64,000 nt of DNA from Christensenellales bacterium (GCA_045114775.1 JBGULC010000028.1:20483-84482); one strand, 5' to 3'; shown: positions 49,006-59,169, counted from the stretch's first letter. The notes: a model not told the origin generated them from the letters alone. Numbers and translations: made by a program.

Positions 49006-50043
49006 TCAGCCCTTCATTGCGTTGAAGAGGATCTTGCGGGATCCGCCCTTATCGTCCGTTGCGCCGCTGCGCGCGAACGCGAGCGCGACGACAAACAGCA
49101 GATCGAGGTTCTTCTCGCTCGTGAAGATGCGGTAGAAGCCCGGAACCGGGACCTTGTTCGCGACCGCATGCTCCTCCGCGTCCTCCTCATGGACGTACTG
49201 ACTCGAGGCCTCGATATAGCCGATCTCCGCGCCGTCTCTCGAAACCGTGTAGGACGGGAACAGAACCTTGCCCTGCGCAAAGCGGGATTCCACCTTGACG
49301 CCGTTCTTTTTGAGGTGCTTCCAGATGTCCTCGCCGTCCAGCGAGAAGGTGTAGTGGTTGTCGAGCAGGAAGGAATCCCAGTCGGTCTCCTCCTGGTGCC
49401 CGACAAGATGCGCCTTGGTCGTGCCGTGCTCGTGGTCGATGAAGTCGAAGCCGAACGGACCCGCCAGCGTGAACTTCGTCATCTTTGCTTCGTAGAGAAC
49501 CTTGCGGTCCTTGTCCTCGATGCGGTGCCCGTACTTCGGCGTGCCGAGATCGGTCAAGAAGTACAGCTCTCGCTGTTCGCCCTGCTCGGACGGCGCATAG
49601 ACGGTCTCGCCCTGTGTTTCCTTGAGCTTTTTGACGTCGATCTTCTTTTTGACCGTGAGTCCGACCACTAAAAGCAGGATGACCGCGCCCGCGATCATAA
49701 GATAGATGCCGAAGCCCTTAGAGGACGTGATCTTTGCGGGATTCTGCGGATCGTACTGGATTTTGATGGTCTTGCCCACCTCGTAGGAGGGGCTGTCGGA
49801 ATCGAGCTGCGTCGTGTATTCCTTGCCGCCGACCGTATACTTCACGGTCACGATCCGTCTGACGTCGTTTGCGGTGCCCGGATCGGGAATGTAATCGGGG
49901 TCGTTTTCGATGGAAACGATGGTTGCTTCCGCCTTTTCATAGCCCTTCGACCGGAAGAACGTGAAATAGACGCCGACGCCGAGCGCGATTGCGGCAAGAA
50001 TCGCCGCGAAGATTTTCAAACCGGGTCCTTTGAATGAGAACAC
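49006..50043 (-). CDS. DUF3592-like TM-sandwich-TM module fused to a LURP-one/Tubby-C-like domain
   Basis: GTG start behind AGGAGG. The N-terminal part is TM, then VTVKYTVGGKEYTTQLDSDSPSYEVGKTIKIQYDPQNP, then TM. The C-terminal ~200 aa end with FYRIFTSEKNLDLLFVVALAFA, a buried-helix pattern I remember from LOR/scramblase-like folds. Confidence 0.55.
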   Translation of the reverse strand: MFSFKGPGLKIFAAILAAIALGVGVYFTFFRSKGYEKAEATIVSIENDPDYIPDPGTANDVRRIVTVKYTVGGKEYTTQLDSDSPSYEVGKTIKIQYDPQNPAKITSSKGFGIYLMIAGAVILLLVVGLTVKKKIDVKKLKETQGETVYAPSEQGEQRELYFLTDLGTPKYGHRIEDKDRKVLYEAKMTKFTLAGPFGFDFIDHEHGTTKAHLVGHQEETDWDSFLLDNHYTFSLDGEDIWKHLKKNGVKVESRFAQGKVLFPSYTVSRDGAEIGYIEASSQYVHEEDAEEHAVANKVPVPGFYRIFTSEKNLDLLFVVALAFARSGATDDKGGSRKILFNAMKG

Positions 50044-50120
50044 TGTTATTTCCTCCTGTTAATTGGATTGTTTCCTTGCTGCCGTCAATCAGGCCTCACA
50101 GAATTTGTTTTCAACATTTC

Positions 50121-50154
50121 AGTATAGCAAAGCATGTCCAAAGGATGTCCAAAG
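50121..50154 (-). promoter_or_regulatory. 11-bp-phased direct repeats abutting a -10 box (candidate response-regulator-activated promoter)
   Basis: The minus strand reads CTTTGGACATC CTTTGGACATG CTTTGCTATACT, i.e. two perfect TTTGGACAT repeats (50144-50154 and 50133-50143). A third CTTTG phase runs into TATACT (50121-50126). No -35 hexamer is present. Confidence 0.4.
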
Positions 50155-50215
50155 AAACAGCCGCTTTTCTCAAAAAACTTGAAAAAAGCGGATTCCGTCT
50201 CTGAATTATATCAGT

Positions 50216-51016
50216 TTAGTTTTTATTATCTATTTCGGAAAGGATGCTTTCCGTCAAGCTCGCCCAGGTATAGGTGCTCATATATTCTCCCCGGTACGCG
50301 TTGATCGCCTCGCTGTCGCCCGCATGGAACCGGTATGCATCGCAGGTGAGCGTCTCCGGTCTGACGCGGAGAATCCCTTTGCTCATTTCCATGATCTCCT
50401 CAGCGCCGTACTCCCGCAAGGTATCCCGCAAAGAACGGATGTAGGTATCAAGCTGCTTCTGCATGCCGCGATCGTACGGGCGATCCTCCCATATCGCGGC
50501 AAAGAGCTCCGCCCGCGTGACACCGGAACCTTGCCGGTCTACCAGATATGCCAGAATCTCCTTGCTTTTCGCCAGTTTGAAATGCATGATCCGGTCCTTC
50601 ACAAACACATCGAAGGAACCGAAGGTCTTGATCCGTATCTGTTCGGATGTCTCGGACCGTTTCCCCTCGCACAGATAACGCACCTCCGCCGCGAGTTTTT
50701 CTAAAGACACCGGCTTCAAAAGATACCCCGTCGGATGCACTGCATACGCGTCGAAAGCATATTCTTTGTACGCGGTCAGGAACAAAATCGCCGTTTGCGG
50801 ATGCAGCTTTTTGATCCGCGCGGCAAGCGTGATGCCGTCGATTTCCGGCATATTGATATCGAGGAGGACAAGGTTGACAACATGCTCTGAAAGCCAATTC
50901 AGCGCATCCTGCGCCCTTGTAAATCCCCGGATCTCGTCGATCTCCGGCAGGCTTTCGCATTGATGTACCGTATATTCGACCGCCAGCGGCTCGTCGTCGA
51001 TACAGATCGCTTTCAC
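50216..51016 (-). CDS. response regulator: receiver + SARP/OmpR-type winged helix with the start of a BTAD-like region
   Basis: GTG start 51016 (GTGA overlap with the kinase stop, AAGGAGAG RBS). Receiver LVLLDINMPEIDG. DNA-binding part IRIKTFGSFDVFVKDRIMHFKLAKSKEILAYLVDRQG...AAIWEDRP...YIRSLRDTL. Confidence 0.8.
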   Translation of the reverse strand: MKAICIDDEPLAVEYTVHQCESLPEIDEIRGFTRAQDALNWLSEHVVNLVLLDINMPEIDGITLAARIKKLHPQTAILFLTAYKEYAFDAYAVHPTGYLLKPVSLEKLAAEVRYLCEGKRSETSEQIRIKTFGSFDVFVKDRIMHFKLAKSKEILAYLVDRQGSGVTRAELFAAIWEDRPYDRGMQKQLDTYIRSLRDTLREYGAEEIMEMSKGILRVRPETLTCDAYRFHAGDSEAINAYRGEYMSTYTWASLTESILSEIDNKN

Positions 51017-52287
51017 GGTTTTCTCTCCTTTCCTTTCCCCGCTGCATCCGGGATGAACAGTGTGACGTCGGTGCCTTTTCCGATCTCGCTTCTTAGAATC
51101 ATTGTGCCGCCGCACATCTGCTCAATGCGTTCTCTGACATTTTGAATCCCGATATGTGCTTCTCCGTCGGGCCGCTCTTTGACCGGATCAAAACCGACCC
51201 CGTTGTCCTCAATCGTGATCCGGTGTCCGCCCGTCTCATGCGCGGTAGAAACTGTCACGCGTCCCTCCCTGCAGCTTCGGACCCCGTGCCGGATCGCGTT
51301 CTCCACGAGCGGCTGGATCGTCAAAGCAGGAATCGAAAACGCATCGTCCTCGATCCGATACTCCACACGGATCTGCGGAAAGCGGAGCGCTTCGATCTCC
51401 GCATACAGCCGCGTATGCTCCAGCTCCTTCTTGATCGGGATCAGATCGGTCCGGTCAAGCGTTTCCAGATTCTGCCGGAGGTATGTGCTGAAATCCTCCA
51501 GGATGCGGTCTCCCATGGGCGGGTCCTTTGCGTACAGCGCGCGGATGGTGTTGAGCGCGTTGAACAGAAAGTGCGGCTGGACCTGCGTCATCATGATTTG
51601 AATGCGCTGCGTTGCCATGAGGTCGCGTTCATGCGCACGGACGAACTGCAGATGCAGCCAAATATAATAGAAGACGGTGCTGATCACGATGCCGACGGTC
51701 AAAAACGTGACCGGAGAACGGAGATCTGTTGCGAATACGGAATCCATCAGAACACAGGCAATGATCAGCAGTGCGTTCAGCAGCGGGATCCACATTTCCG
51801 CTTTTTTGATCCGACGAAACGCGCGGACCGTGATCCAAAGCAGGCAGAACAGCAAAACGCCGCTGACGACGTGACAGCTGTAGCCCAGCGGTCCGCGAAG
51901 GAAGTGGTTGGTTTCATCAATGGAAAAGCTGACGCCGGAAAACAGCGCCGTAGAATAGATCAGCGCATTGGCGCCGACCAGCGTCCAGAAAGGCCAGATC
52001 CTGCGCTTTGTGCCGAACAGGTACATAAACAGCACAAGGACTGCCGGACGAACGGAATACCCGTAGATCCCGAGGATCGTCCTCGCCACGCGCTGCGTGC
52101 TGTCCTGCTCCACCCAAAAATCGAGGACATTCTGCGCAACAAGCGTCACGACCAACGCGGCGATGATCAGCATGACCCGTCGATACTCCCGACGGATATA
52201 CGGGTCGATCACGACCGTGATCGACAGCCCGAGCAGAAGCAGCAGCAGCGGCACAATCGCAACAAGCGTATCATAATTGACGGTCAT
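51013..52287 (-). CDS. LytS/YehU-type sensor histidine kinase (His_kinase + HATPase)
   Basis: About 6 N-terminal TM helices, H-region MTQVQPHFLFNALNTIRALY, ATPase region ENAIRHG...ITIEDNGVGF. Confidence 0.85.
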   Translation of the reverse strand: MTVNYDTLVAIVPLLLLLLGLSITVVIDPYIRREYRRVMLIIAALVVTLVAQNVLDFWVEQDSTQRVARTILGIYGYSVRPAVLVLFMYLFGTKRRIWPFWTLVGANALIYSTALFSGVSFSIDETNHFLRGPLGYSCHVVSGVLLFCLLWITVRAFRRIKKAEMWIPLLNALLIIACVLMDSVFATDLRSPVTFLTVGIVISTVFYYIWLHLQFVRAHERDLMATQRIQIMMTQVQPHFLFNALNTIRALYAKDPPMGDRILEDFSTYLRQNLETLDRTDLIPIKKELEHTRLYAEIEALRFPQIRVEYRIEDDAFSIPALTIQPLVENAIRHGVRSCREGRVTVSTAHETGGHRITIEDNGVGFDPVKERPDGEAHIGIQNVRERIEQMCGGTMILRSEIGKGTDVTLFIPDAAGKGKERKP

Positions 52288-52363
52288 ACCCCTGCTCCCC
52301 CTTCTGCCGTTTCTCCGTCATGATCCGTTTGTCGGTTTTCCGATCGGATGACTGAGTAAATCT

Positions 52364-52392
52364 ATAGTATCAGAAAACAGAAAGATTATCAA
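52364..52392 (-). promoter_or_regulatory. candidate promoter of the kinase-regulator operon
   Basis: Minus strand: TTGATA (52387-52392), 17 nt, TACTAT (52364-52369). Confidence 0.4.
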
Positions 52393-52428
52393 TGTGTTTC
52401 GGCATGTTCGGGCGCGCTTCAATTTGCT

Positions 52429-53745
52429 TTACCGTTTTCGCTTGAGATCGCCCGTCGCCGGGTTGTCGATCAGGCTGCCGTCCTCCGCAAAGCGCGAGCC
52501 GTGGCAAGGGCAGTCCCAGCTGCGTTCCTGCTCGTTCCAATGCAGCGCGCAGCCGAGATGCGGACAGCGCGGCGCGGTCGGCGTGACCCAGCCTAAAAGC
52601 GCCTCTCCTGCGTTCGAAAGCAGCTTCGGCCGCAGCACGGTCCGCAACGGAGAGAACATCTCCTCGTACGGATTCTCCTTGCCGGTCATCAGATCGCACA
52701 GAAGCTTTGCCGCAGCCATGGAGCCCGTCATGCCCCACTTGTTGAAGCCCGTCGCAACGTACAGGTCCTTCGTATTCCGGGAATAGCGTCCGACATACGG
52801 AACGGAATCGAGCGTCATGCAGTCCTGCGCCGCCCACGCGCAGCGCACGGTCGCCCTGTGGAAATACAGGTCCGCGACGTCCCTGAGCTCCCGGTATCCG
52901 CCGCCCTTCTTCCCCGTCCGATGACTGCCGCCGCCGACCAGCAGCAGATTCCCGTAATTGCGAAACGACAGGCCCTTTTCGTCGTCATCCAGATACATTC
53001 CTTCAAGCTCAGCCGCGTTTTCAAGCGCAAGCACATAGGAACGGTGCTGATACTGCTTCATGAAGTACATCCCGTGCTTGTTCAGAAACGGAAAATGCGT
53101 GGCGACGATCATACGGTTTGCAAAGACGGTCCCGCCGCTCGTTACCGCCACGACGCCGGACTTCGTTTTCTTCAGTTCGCGCACGCGCGTATGCGCATAG
53201 ATGCGAAGGTCCTTTGCGATCGCCGCAAGGAATTTCAGCGGATGAAACTGCGCCTGATCGGGAAAGCGTAACGCTCCGGCGACGTCAAACGGAAGCTCCC
53301 ACGCATCCGACCGGTCGGCGGGAATGCCCAGCCGTTTCAGCGCGTTCAGCTCGCGCATGAGTTTCTTTTCGTCGTCAAGCGTATACACGAAGCTGTCCCG
53401 CGTCTCGAAATCGCAGTCGATCGTTTCGCTGAGCGTTCGATAAGCCTTCAACGCCTCGTCGTTCGCCCGAAAATACAGCGCCGCCTTTCGCGCGCCGAAC
53501 TCACGGATCAATGTATCGTAGATCAGGCCGTGCTGACTCGTGATCTTTGCGGTCGTGTTCTTTGTCGTGCCGTCGCCGACTGTCTCCGCCTCGCAAAGCG
53601 CGTAGTCCACGCCTGCGCTTTTCAGCAGATACGCGGTCAGCACGCCCGCCATGCCGCCGCCGACGATCAGCACGTCGGTGCGGATATCGCGTTCAAGCGT
53701 CGGAAACGCCGGCAGCTTTACGCTTTCCTTCCAAACAGAACCCAT
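52429..53745 (-). CDS. FAD-dependent oxidoreductase with a C-terminal Rieske [2Fe-2S] domain
   Basis: Dinucleotide fold DVLIVGGGMAGVLTAYLL. Rieske ligands CPHLGCALHW...CPCHGSRF. Start ATG 53745 behind GGAGGC. Confidence 0.8.
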   Translation of the reverse strand: MGSVWKESVKLPAFPTLERDIRTDVLIVGGGMAGVLTAYLLKSAGVDYALCEAETVGDGTTKNTTAKITSQHGLIYDTLIREFGARKAALYFRANDEALKAYRTLSETIDCDFETRDSFVYTLDDEKKLMRELNALKRLGIPADRSDAWELPFDVAGALRFPDQAQFHPLKFLAAIAKDLRIYAHTRVRELKKTKSGVVAVTSGGTVFANRMIVATHFPFLNKHGMYFMKQYQHRSYVLALENAAELEGMYLDDDEKGLSFRNYGNLLLVGGGSHRTGKKGGGYRELRDVADLYFHRATVRCAWAAQDCMTLDSVPYVGRYSRNTKDLYVATGFNKWGMTGSMAAAKLLCDLMTGKENPYEEMFSPLRTVLRPKLLSNAGEALLGWVTPTAPRCPHLGCALHWNEQERSWDCPCHGSRFAEDGSLIDNPATGDLKRKR

Positions 53746-53909
53746 AGTTGCCTCCGATGTACAGTTTGCTGTAATGTACCCGGAGATGACAGGATCCATA
53801 CACGAAAATAACCCTTTCCGCGATCCTTCGCGATCGTTCGATCGGGTTCGAAGCGCATACGCGCAAAAAAGGCCATCTTCTTCGACAGCCCTTTGCATAA
53901 CGGTCTTCT

Positions 53910-55373
53910 TCAGTTGTCCGCGCGGTTATAGCCGTTCTTCATCGTGACGCTGGATTCGTGCAGCACGGCGGTCAGCGCCTTGTCTGTCTGCTCCTTCGCC
54001 ATTGCGGCGAGCTTCTCGTTCGCCTCGGCACAGAGCGACGCGTCGCCGGTTTCGGCGATCCTTTTGTCGTATTCGAGAACGATCCTGCGTCCCTCGGTAA
54101 TCACCGCGTTCTGGTAGCGCGTCACGATCTGCACGCACTGGTTGTAGCTGTGATCCGCCAGCGCGCCGATCAGCCGGCTGCCCCAGTAGAAATTCTCCGT
54201 CGAAGCGTCGAGCGCGACGTCGCTGAGATACTTCGGCATCTTCGGTACGTTCGGATAAACCGGCAGCAGCGCGTCGAAGGTCGTGGAGCCGAAGCAGATC
54301 CACTCAAGCCCTTTCGAGCAGTCCGGCGCGTCGGAGCGGATCTGACATACGGAGGTAACGCCGGTGCGGTTGATGCCGATCGAGCGGTACTTGCCGCGGA
54401 CGCCGGTGTCGCGGTTCAGGTACGGATCGAACGGCGTGCCCTTGTAGTTCGAGGACAGGAGCTCCTTGACCTCCTCGACCGCGATCTTGCGATCCGGTAC
54501 GAAGCTCCACGGGATGTCGTCGCTTTCAGGCGAAAAATCGGCGTTCGGACCGTCCCAACGATATTGCCGCGGCGCAAGATACCGTCCCATATACCACGCG
54601 CGGGGCGTGTTGTAAACGTGGTCCTGATCGGAATGCGAGCCGAACACGAGCCGCGGGTTGAATGCGCCTCCCTGATTGCAGTCAAGATGATAGGTTTCGA
54701 TGAATTCACGGAGGTCCTTCGAGCAGAGATGCGCCTCCTGTTTGCCGAACGCGTCTTCGAAATCGAAGCTATCCATGCCGAACTGGTTGGGCATGATGAC
54801 CGCGACGTCGTCCGGTACGCGCTTTGCTATCCAATGATGCCCGCCGATCGTTTCCATCCACCAGATCTCGTTCTCATCATTGAACGCGATCCCGTTGGAT
54901 TCGTAGGTTCCGTACTGTTCCAGAAGCGCGCCAAGCCGCAGCACGCCCTCTCTGGCGGTACGGATATACGGCAGCACGAGCACGACGATGTCCTCCTCGC
55001 CGATGCCGCCCGGCACGTCCTTTTCCCGCTTCGTCTTCGCCTTCCGATACTTTACGAGCGGGTCCGCGGAGAGCACGCGCGGATTCGAGGTGATCGTCTC
55101 CGTCGCGGTCATACCGACGTTCGCCGCGTTGATCCCGGTCGCTGCCCAAACGCCGTTCTTCGGATCGACGCTCGGGCATGCCGTATAGCGCATGGGGCTT
55201 TCCGGCAGCTCGATCGTAAGACGTCCGCCGACGGACGTATAGGTCTTCTTCTGCTCTTTCGGTTCGACGACGATAAGCTTTTTGACGTCGAAGTGTCCGT
55301 CGTCGGTCCGCGCGATCATCGTGGAATTGTCGTTGGAAGCCTTTTTGCCGACCAGTACCGTTGTGCAGGGCAT
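53910..55373 (-). CDS. C69-family dipeptidase
   Basis: MPCTTVLVGKKASNDNSTMIARTDD, with an N-terminal Cys nucleophile right after Met-Pro. Start ATG 55373 behind AGAGGAGAG. Confidence 0.85.
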   Translation of the reverse strand: MPCTTVLVGKKASNDNSTMIARTDDGHFDVKKLIVVEPKEQKKTYTSVGGRLTIELPESPMRYTACPSVDPKNGVWAATGINAANVGMTATETITSNPRVLSADPLVKYRKAKTKREKDVPGGIGEEDIVVLVLPYIRTAREGVLRLGALLEQYGTYESNGIAFNDENEIWWMETIGGHHWIAKRVPDDVAVIMPNQFGMDSFDFEDAFGKQEAHLCSKDLREFIETYHLDCNQGGAFNPRLVFGSHSDQDHVYNTPRAWYMGRYLAPRQYRWDGPNADFSPESDDIPWSFVPDRKIAVEEVKELLSSNYKGTPFDPYLNRDTGVRGKYRSIGINRTGVTSVCQIRSDAPDCSKGLEWICFGSTTFDALLPVYPNVPKMPKYLSDVALDASTENFYWGSRLIGALADHSYNQCVQIVTRYQNAVITEGRRIVLEYDKRIAETGDASLCAEANEKLAAMAKEQTDKALTAVLHESSVTMKNGYNRADN

Positions 55374-55435
55374 ATTTCTCTCCTCTTTTCTTCGATCTTT
55401 GCCTTCATTATACGCGCGGACCGCGTTTCCGTCAA

Positions 55436-55462
55436 CGAAAAAGCGCACGGCTTTCCGTGCGC
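55436..55462 (-). terminator. terminator after the IMP dehydrogenase gene
   Basis: Minus strand: GCGCACGG-AAAG-CCGTGCGC followed by TTTTTCG. Confidence 0.65.
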
Positions 55463-55477
55463 CTTAAAGCTGTTCTG

Positions 55478-56986
55478 TTACGAGCGGAACGGCTCGGTCG
55501 TGTTCTTGCGGATGACGTCGTGCGCGCCGCCCTCGACGATGCTCGTTGCGGACACCAGCGTGAGCTTCGCTTTTTTCTGAAACTCCGCGATCGAAAGCGC
55601 GCCGCAGTTGCACATGGTCGATTTGACTTTTGAAAGCGTCAGCGCAACGTTGTCGCGCAGGGAGCCCGCGTAGGGAACGTAGGAATCGACGCCTTCCTCG
55701 AAGCTCAGCTTCTTGTCGCCGCCGAGATCGTACCGCTGCCAGTTGCGCGCTCTTGCGGAGCCTTCGCCCCAGTACTCCTTATAGTAGGTGCCGTTGAGGT
55801 TCACCTTGCGCGACGGGCTTTCGTCGAACCGCGCGAAGTACCGGCCGAGCATGATAAAATCCGCGCCCATGGCGAGCGCCAGCGTGACGTGATGGTCATA
55901 GACGATGCCGCCGTCGGAGCAAACCGGCACGTAAACGCCCGTTTCCTCAAAGTATTCGTCGCGCGCCTTGCACACGTCGATCAGCGCCGTCGCCTGACCT
56001 CGGCCGATGCCCTTGGTCTCGCGCGTGATGCAGATGGAGCCGCCGCCGATGCCGACCTTGACGAAGTCCGCGCCCGCGTCCGCAAGGAAGCGGAAGCCGT
56101 CCGCGTCGACCACGTTTCCCGCGCCGATCTTGACCGTGTCGCCGTAACGGGAGCGGACCCACGCAAGCGTCCGCGCCTGCCACTCGGAGAAGCCCTCCGA
56201 CGAGTCGATGCACAGCACGTCCGCACCGGCTTCGACAAGCGCCGGGATGCGGGTCTCGTAATCGCGCGTGTTGACGCCCGCGCCGACGACGTAACGCTTA
56301 TGGTCGTCCAGGAGCTCGTCCCGGTTTTCCTTGTGCGAATCGTAGTCCTTGCGGAATACGATGTAGCAAAGCTGTCCCTTTTCGTTTATGATCGGCAGCG
56401 CGTTCAGCTTATGGTCCCAGATGATGTCGTTCGCGTCCTTGAGGCTCGTGCCCTCCGGCGCGCAGACGAGTTTCGAAAGCGGCGTCATAAAGGTATACAC
56501 GGGCGTGTCCGGCGCCATGCGGGAAACGCGGTAATCGCGGCTGGTGACGATGCCGACGAGCCCGCCTTCGGGCGTGCCGTCTTCGGTGACCGCCATCGTG
56601 GAATGCCCGGTGCGCTCTTTGAGCGCGATCACGTCGGCGAGCGTATCGACCGGCTTGAGGTTCGAGTCGCTGCGCACAAAGCCCGCCTTGTACGCTTTTG
56701 CACGGCGGACCATCTCCGCCTCGCTTTCCACGGACTGCGAGCCGTAAATAAAGCTGACGCCGCCCTCTCTTGCAAGCGCGACCGCCATGCGATCGTCGGA
56801 GACCGCCTGCATGATCGCGGAGACCAGCGGGATGTTCAGAGAAAGCGCGGGTTCCTCGCCGCGGCGGTATTTCACCAGCGGCGTCCTGAGCGTGACGTTT
56901 TGGGGAACGCATTCCGAAGAGGAATAGCCGGGAATCAGAAGATACTCGTTGAAGGTGCGGGAGGGATCCGAAATATACGTTGCCAT
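55478..56986 (-). CDS. guaB: IMP dehydrogenase (long clostridial type with CBS pair)
   Basis: 502 aa. Catalytic loop [37 protein letters not shown]. Confidence 0.85.
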   Translation of the reverse strand: MATYISDPSRTFNEYLLIPGYSSSECVPQNVTLRTPLVKYRRGEEPALSLNIPLVSAIMQAVSDDRMAVALAREGGVSFIYGSQSVESEAEMVRRAKAYKAGFVRSDSNLKPVDTLADVIALKERTGHSTMAVTEDGTPEGGLVGIVTSRDYRVSRMAPDTPVYTFMTPLSKLVCAPEGTSLKDANDIIWDHKLNALPIINEKGQLCYIVFRKDYDSHKENRDELLDDHKRYVVGAGVNTRDYETRIPALVEAGADVLCIDSSEGFSEWQARTLAWVRSRYGDTVKIGAGNVVDADGFRFLADAGADFVKVGIGGGSICITRETKGIGRGQATALIDVCKARDEYFEETGVYVPVCSDGGIVYDHHVTLALAMGADFIMLGRYFARFDESPSRKVNLNGTYYKEYWGEGSARARNWQRYDLGGDKKLSFEEGVDSYVPYAGSLRDNVALTLSKVKSTMCNCGALSIAEFQKKAKLTLVSATSIVEGGAHDVIRKNTTEPFRS

Positions 56987-57034
56987 AGCTGCTCCTTTCC
57001 TGTCCGAAAATGATTGATAAACGATTTATAGTTT

Positions 57035-57063
57035 ATTATATCGCACCGGCCGCCATCCCGCAA
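57035..57063 (-). promoter_or_regulatory. candidate guaB promoter
   Basis: Minus strand: TTGCGG (57058-57063), 17 nt, TATAAT (57035-57040). Confidence 0.45.
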
Positions 57064-57158
57064 GCCTTGATTTTTGCTTTTGCAGCGCGCGGCTGCCCTC
57101 TTGCAGATCGCGGTGGATTCATGTATACTATATACGATCATGATCAAGGGGGTTCCGT

Positions 57159-59156
57159 ATGAAAAAGGGAGTCATCAAATGGGCGGCGATCCTTGCCGCG
57201 CTGCTTTGCGTCGCGTTCGTCGCGCTGTTCTTCGCGAACCGCATCCAGACGGCGAACGGCGAGGTTCAGATCACCGAAGGGTATCTTCCGAGCGAGGTCG
57301 GCGATCTCTTCTATAAGCTATACACGCCCGTCGGATTGAAGAACGGTGAAAAAGCGCCGGGCGTTCTGCTGCTGCACGGGTATCAGAACGACCACGAGAC
57401 CAACGCCGCCTACGCGATCGAGCTTGCGAAACGCGGCGTCGTGGTGCTTTCGATCGACGAATACGGCCACGGCGCAAGCAAGCCGGGGCTCATCAACCGC
57501 GGCTTCGTCAATCACATGGTCAAGGGCATTTACGGCGAGGACACCGACGAGAACGGTATGTTCCGCAAGGTCGGCGGCACGGAACGCTACCGGCTGATGA
57601 TGAATTTCTCGAACCTTTCCTTCTTCAACGACCGCTATATAAAGGACGACGCCGGCCATGTATTGACAGACAGCTCATGCGGCGGCGTCGCAGCGTATAA
57701 GTATCTGTCCGAGCTACCGAACGTCGACGGCACGAAGCTCGGCGTCAGCGGACATTCGATGGGCACCTGGGCGGGCTGGAGCGTTGCCGCGGCGTATTCC
57801 GGTACGGAGATCGAGCCGAAAGCGACCGTGCTGCAGTGCGGCGAGCTGTTCCGCAGCGCAGCATACGATTCCGCAAACATCAAATTCAACAACGTCCTGC
57901 TGCTGCAGGCGAAGTGGGACGAGTTCAGCTACTTCCGCGACTACAAAAACAACGTGGACGACGCGATCCTCCGCTCTCCCCTGCGCACCGAATTCTTGGG
58001 AACGACCGCGGAACAGGCCGCTTGGGACACGACCTTCGGCGATTTTGCTGACGGCTCGGCGCGTCGTATGGAGCTTCTCTATACGAATCACCGCCTCACC
58101 ACGCACAACGAGCGCGGGCTCGCGGTCGCGCTCGACTGGTTTGACAAAGCCTTCGACGGTGCTTTGACCGGACCGGATCATACGGAGCAGACCGCGATGG
58201 GCAAGGAATGGCTTGTGCTGCTCGCGATGCTCTGCACGCTTGCGGCGCTGATCCCGTTCTTTGAGCTTCTGATCATGATCCCGTTCTTCCGAAAGGTCGT
58301 GCAGCCGCTGCCCTCCGAAGCCGGGATCAAGACCAAGGGCAAGTGGTGGCGCGGCGCGTTGATCACGATTCTGATCGCGGGCGCGACCTATCCTTTCATG
58401 ACGCAGCTCGGACACGCGCTTTTGCCGCTGCCGGAAGGCGTTTTCCGCATGACGGTCGGCAACGGCTTCATCGGCTGGTATCTGCTGTTGATCCTTATCA
58501 TGGTGATCACCTCGATCATCGGCTGGCGCTCGGCCAAGAAAAAGGGCACGCTCGACGGTTTCTACGGCATGGGCCTCGGCTCCGAAGCGAAGCCGAATCG
58601 TATCGCCTGGGGACTGCTCGTTCGCGCGTGCATCCTGGTGCTTTGCCTGCTTTGCATGCTGTATCTGGTCGTGTTCCTGGCAGGCGTTCTCTTCAAGCTC
58701 GACCTCCGGTTTGTCTGGCCGTTCTTCAAGACCTTTACGTGGACGCGCCTCGGGCAGTTCTTCGTCTACATCCCCGTGTTCGCGCTGTTCTTCCTGCTGA
58801 ACAACTCGAAGATCATGGCGTCCATGCGAACCAAAGCGACGTACAAGAAGGGCCTCAAGGGCTTCCTCGGCTGCTGGTGGCGCAATGCGCTTTTGATGGT
58901 CGGCGGCATTCTGCTGATCGTGCTGATCGAGTATGTGCCGTTCTTCCTCGGGATCGGACCCGGCGCGGACGTGCTGTTCGGCTCGACCTTCGGCGGACCG
59001 TTCATGTCGCTGCTGATCCTGTTCGTGCCGCAGGTCGTCGTATTCAGCGTGCTCTGCGCCTATTTCTACCGTCGCACGGGCAGCGTCTATACGGGCGCGC
59101 TTTTGGTCGCCTCCCTTGCCGCGTGGATCGTCACCGGCGGATCGTCGATGCTTTGA
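57159..59156 (+). CDS. alpha/beta hydrolase fused to a C-terminal polytopic membrane domain
   Basis: N-terminal TM, LLLHGYQNDHE, nucleophile elbow GVSGHSMGTW, then ~8 hydrophobic helices over the last ~330 aa. Confidence 0.7.
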   Translation: MKKGVIKWAAILAALLCVAFVALFFANRIQTANGEVQITEGYLPSEVGDLFYKLYTPVGLKNGEKAPGVLLLHGYQNDHETNAAYAIELAKRGVVVLSIDEYGHGASKPGLINRGFVNHMVKGIYGEDTDENGMFRKVGGTERYRLMMNFSNLSFFNDRYIKDDAGHVLTDSSCGGVAAYKYLSELPNVDGTKLGVSGHSMGTWAGWSVAAAYSGTEIEPKATVLQCGELFRSAAYDSANIKFNNVLLLQAKWDEFSYFRDYKNNVDDAILRSPLRTEFLGTTAEQAAWDTTFGDFADGSARRMELLYTNHRLTTHNERGLAVALDWFDKAFDGALTGPDHTEQTAMGKEWLVLLAMLCTLAALIPFFELLIMIPFFRKVVQPLPSEAGIKTKGKWWRGALITILIAGATYPFMTQLGHALLPLPEGVFRMTVGNGFIGWYLLLILIMVITSIIGWRSAKKKGTLDGFYGMGLGSEAKPNRIAWGLLVRACILVLCLLCMLYLVVFLAGVLFKLDLRFVWPFFKTFTWTRLGQFFVYIPVFALFFLLNNSKIMASMRTKATYKKGLKGFLGCWWRNALLMVGGILLIVLIEYVPFFLGIGPGADVLFGSTFGGPFMSLLILFVPQVVVFSVLCAYFYRRTGSVYTGALLVASLAAWIVTGGSSML

Positions 59157-59169
59157 TTCAATAACGACA

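Noticed and set aside
50133-50154. The TTTGGACAT repeats upstream of the DUF3592 gene resemble the TGGACAA arm sites of the integrative element 10 kb away.
   Set aside because: They share only a 6-nt core (TGGACA). The contexts, spacing and flanks differ (11-bp-phased promoter repeats versus element-end clusters). I treat this as coincidence unless a genome-wide motif count says otherwise.
56987-57158. I looked for a purine/guanine riboswitch upstream of the IMP dehydrogenase gene.
   Set aside because: The leader is short (~45 nt from the predicted -10 to the ATG) and lacks the conserved junction sequences of the purine riboswitch. Only a weak ATAAA-tcg-TTTAT dyad is present.
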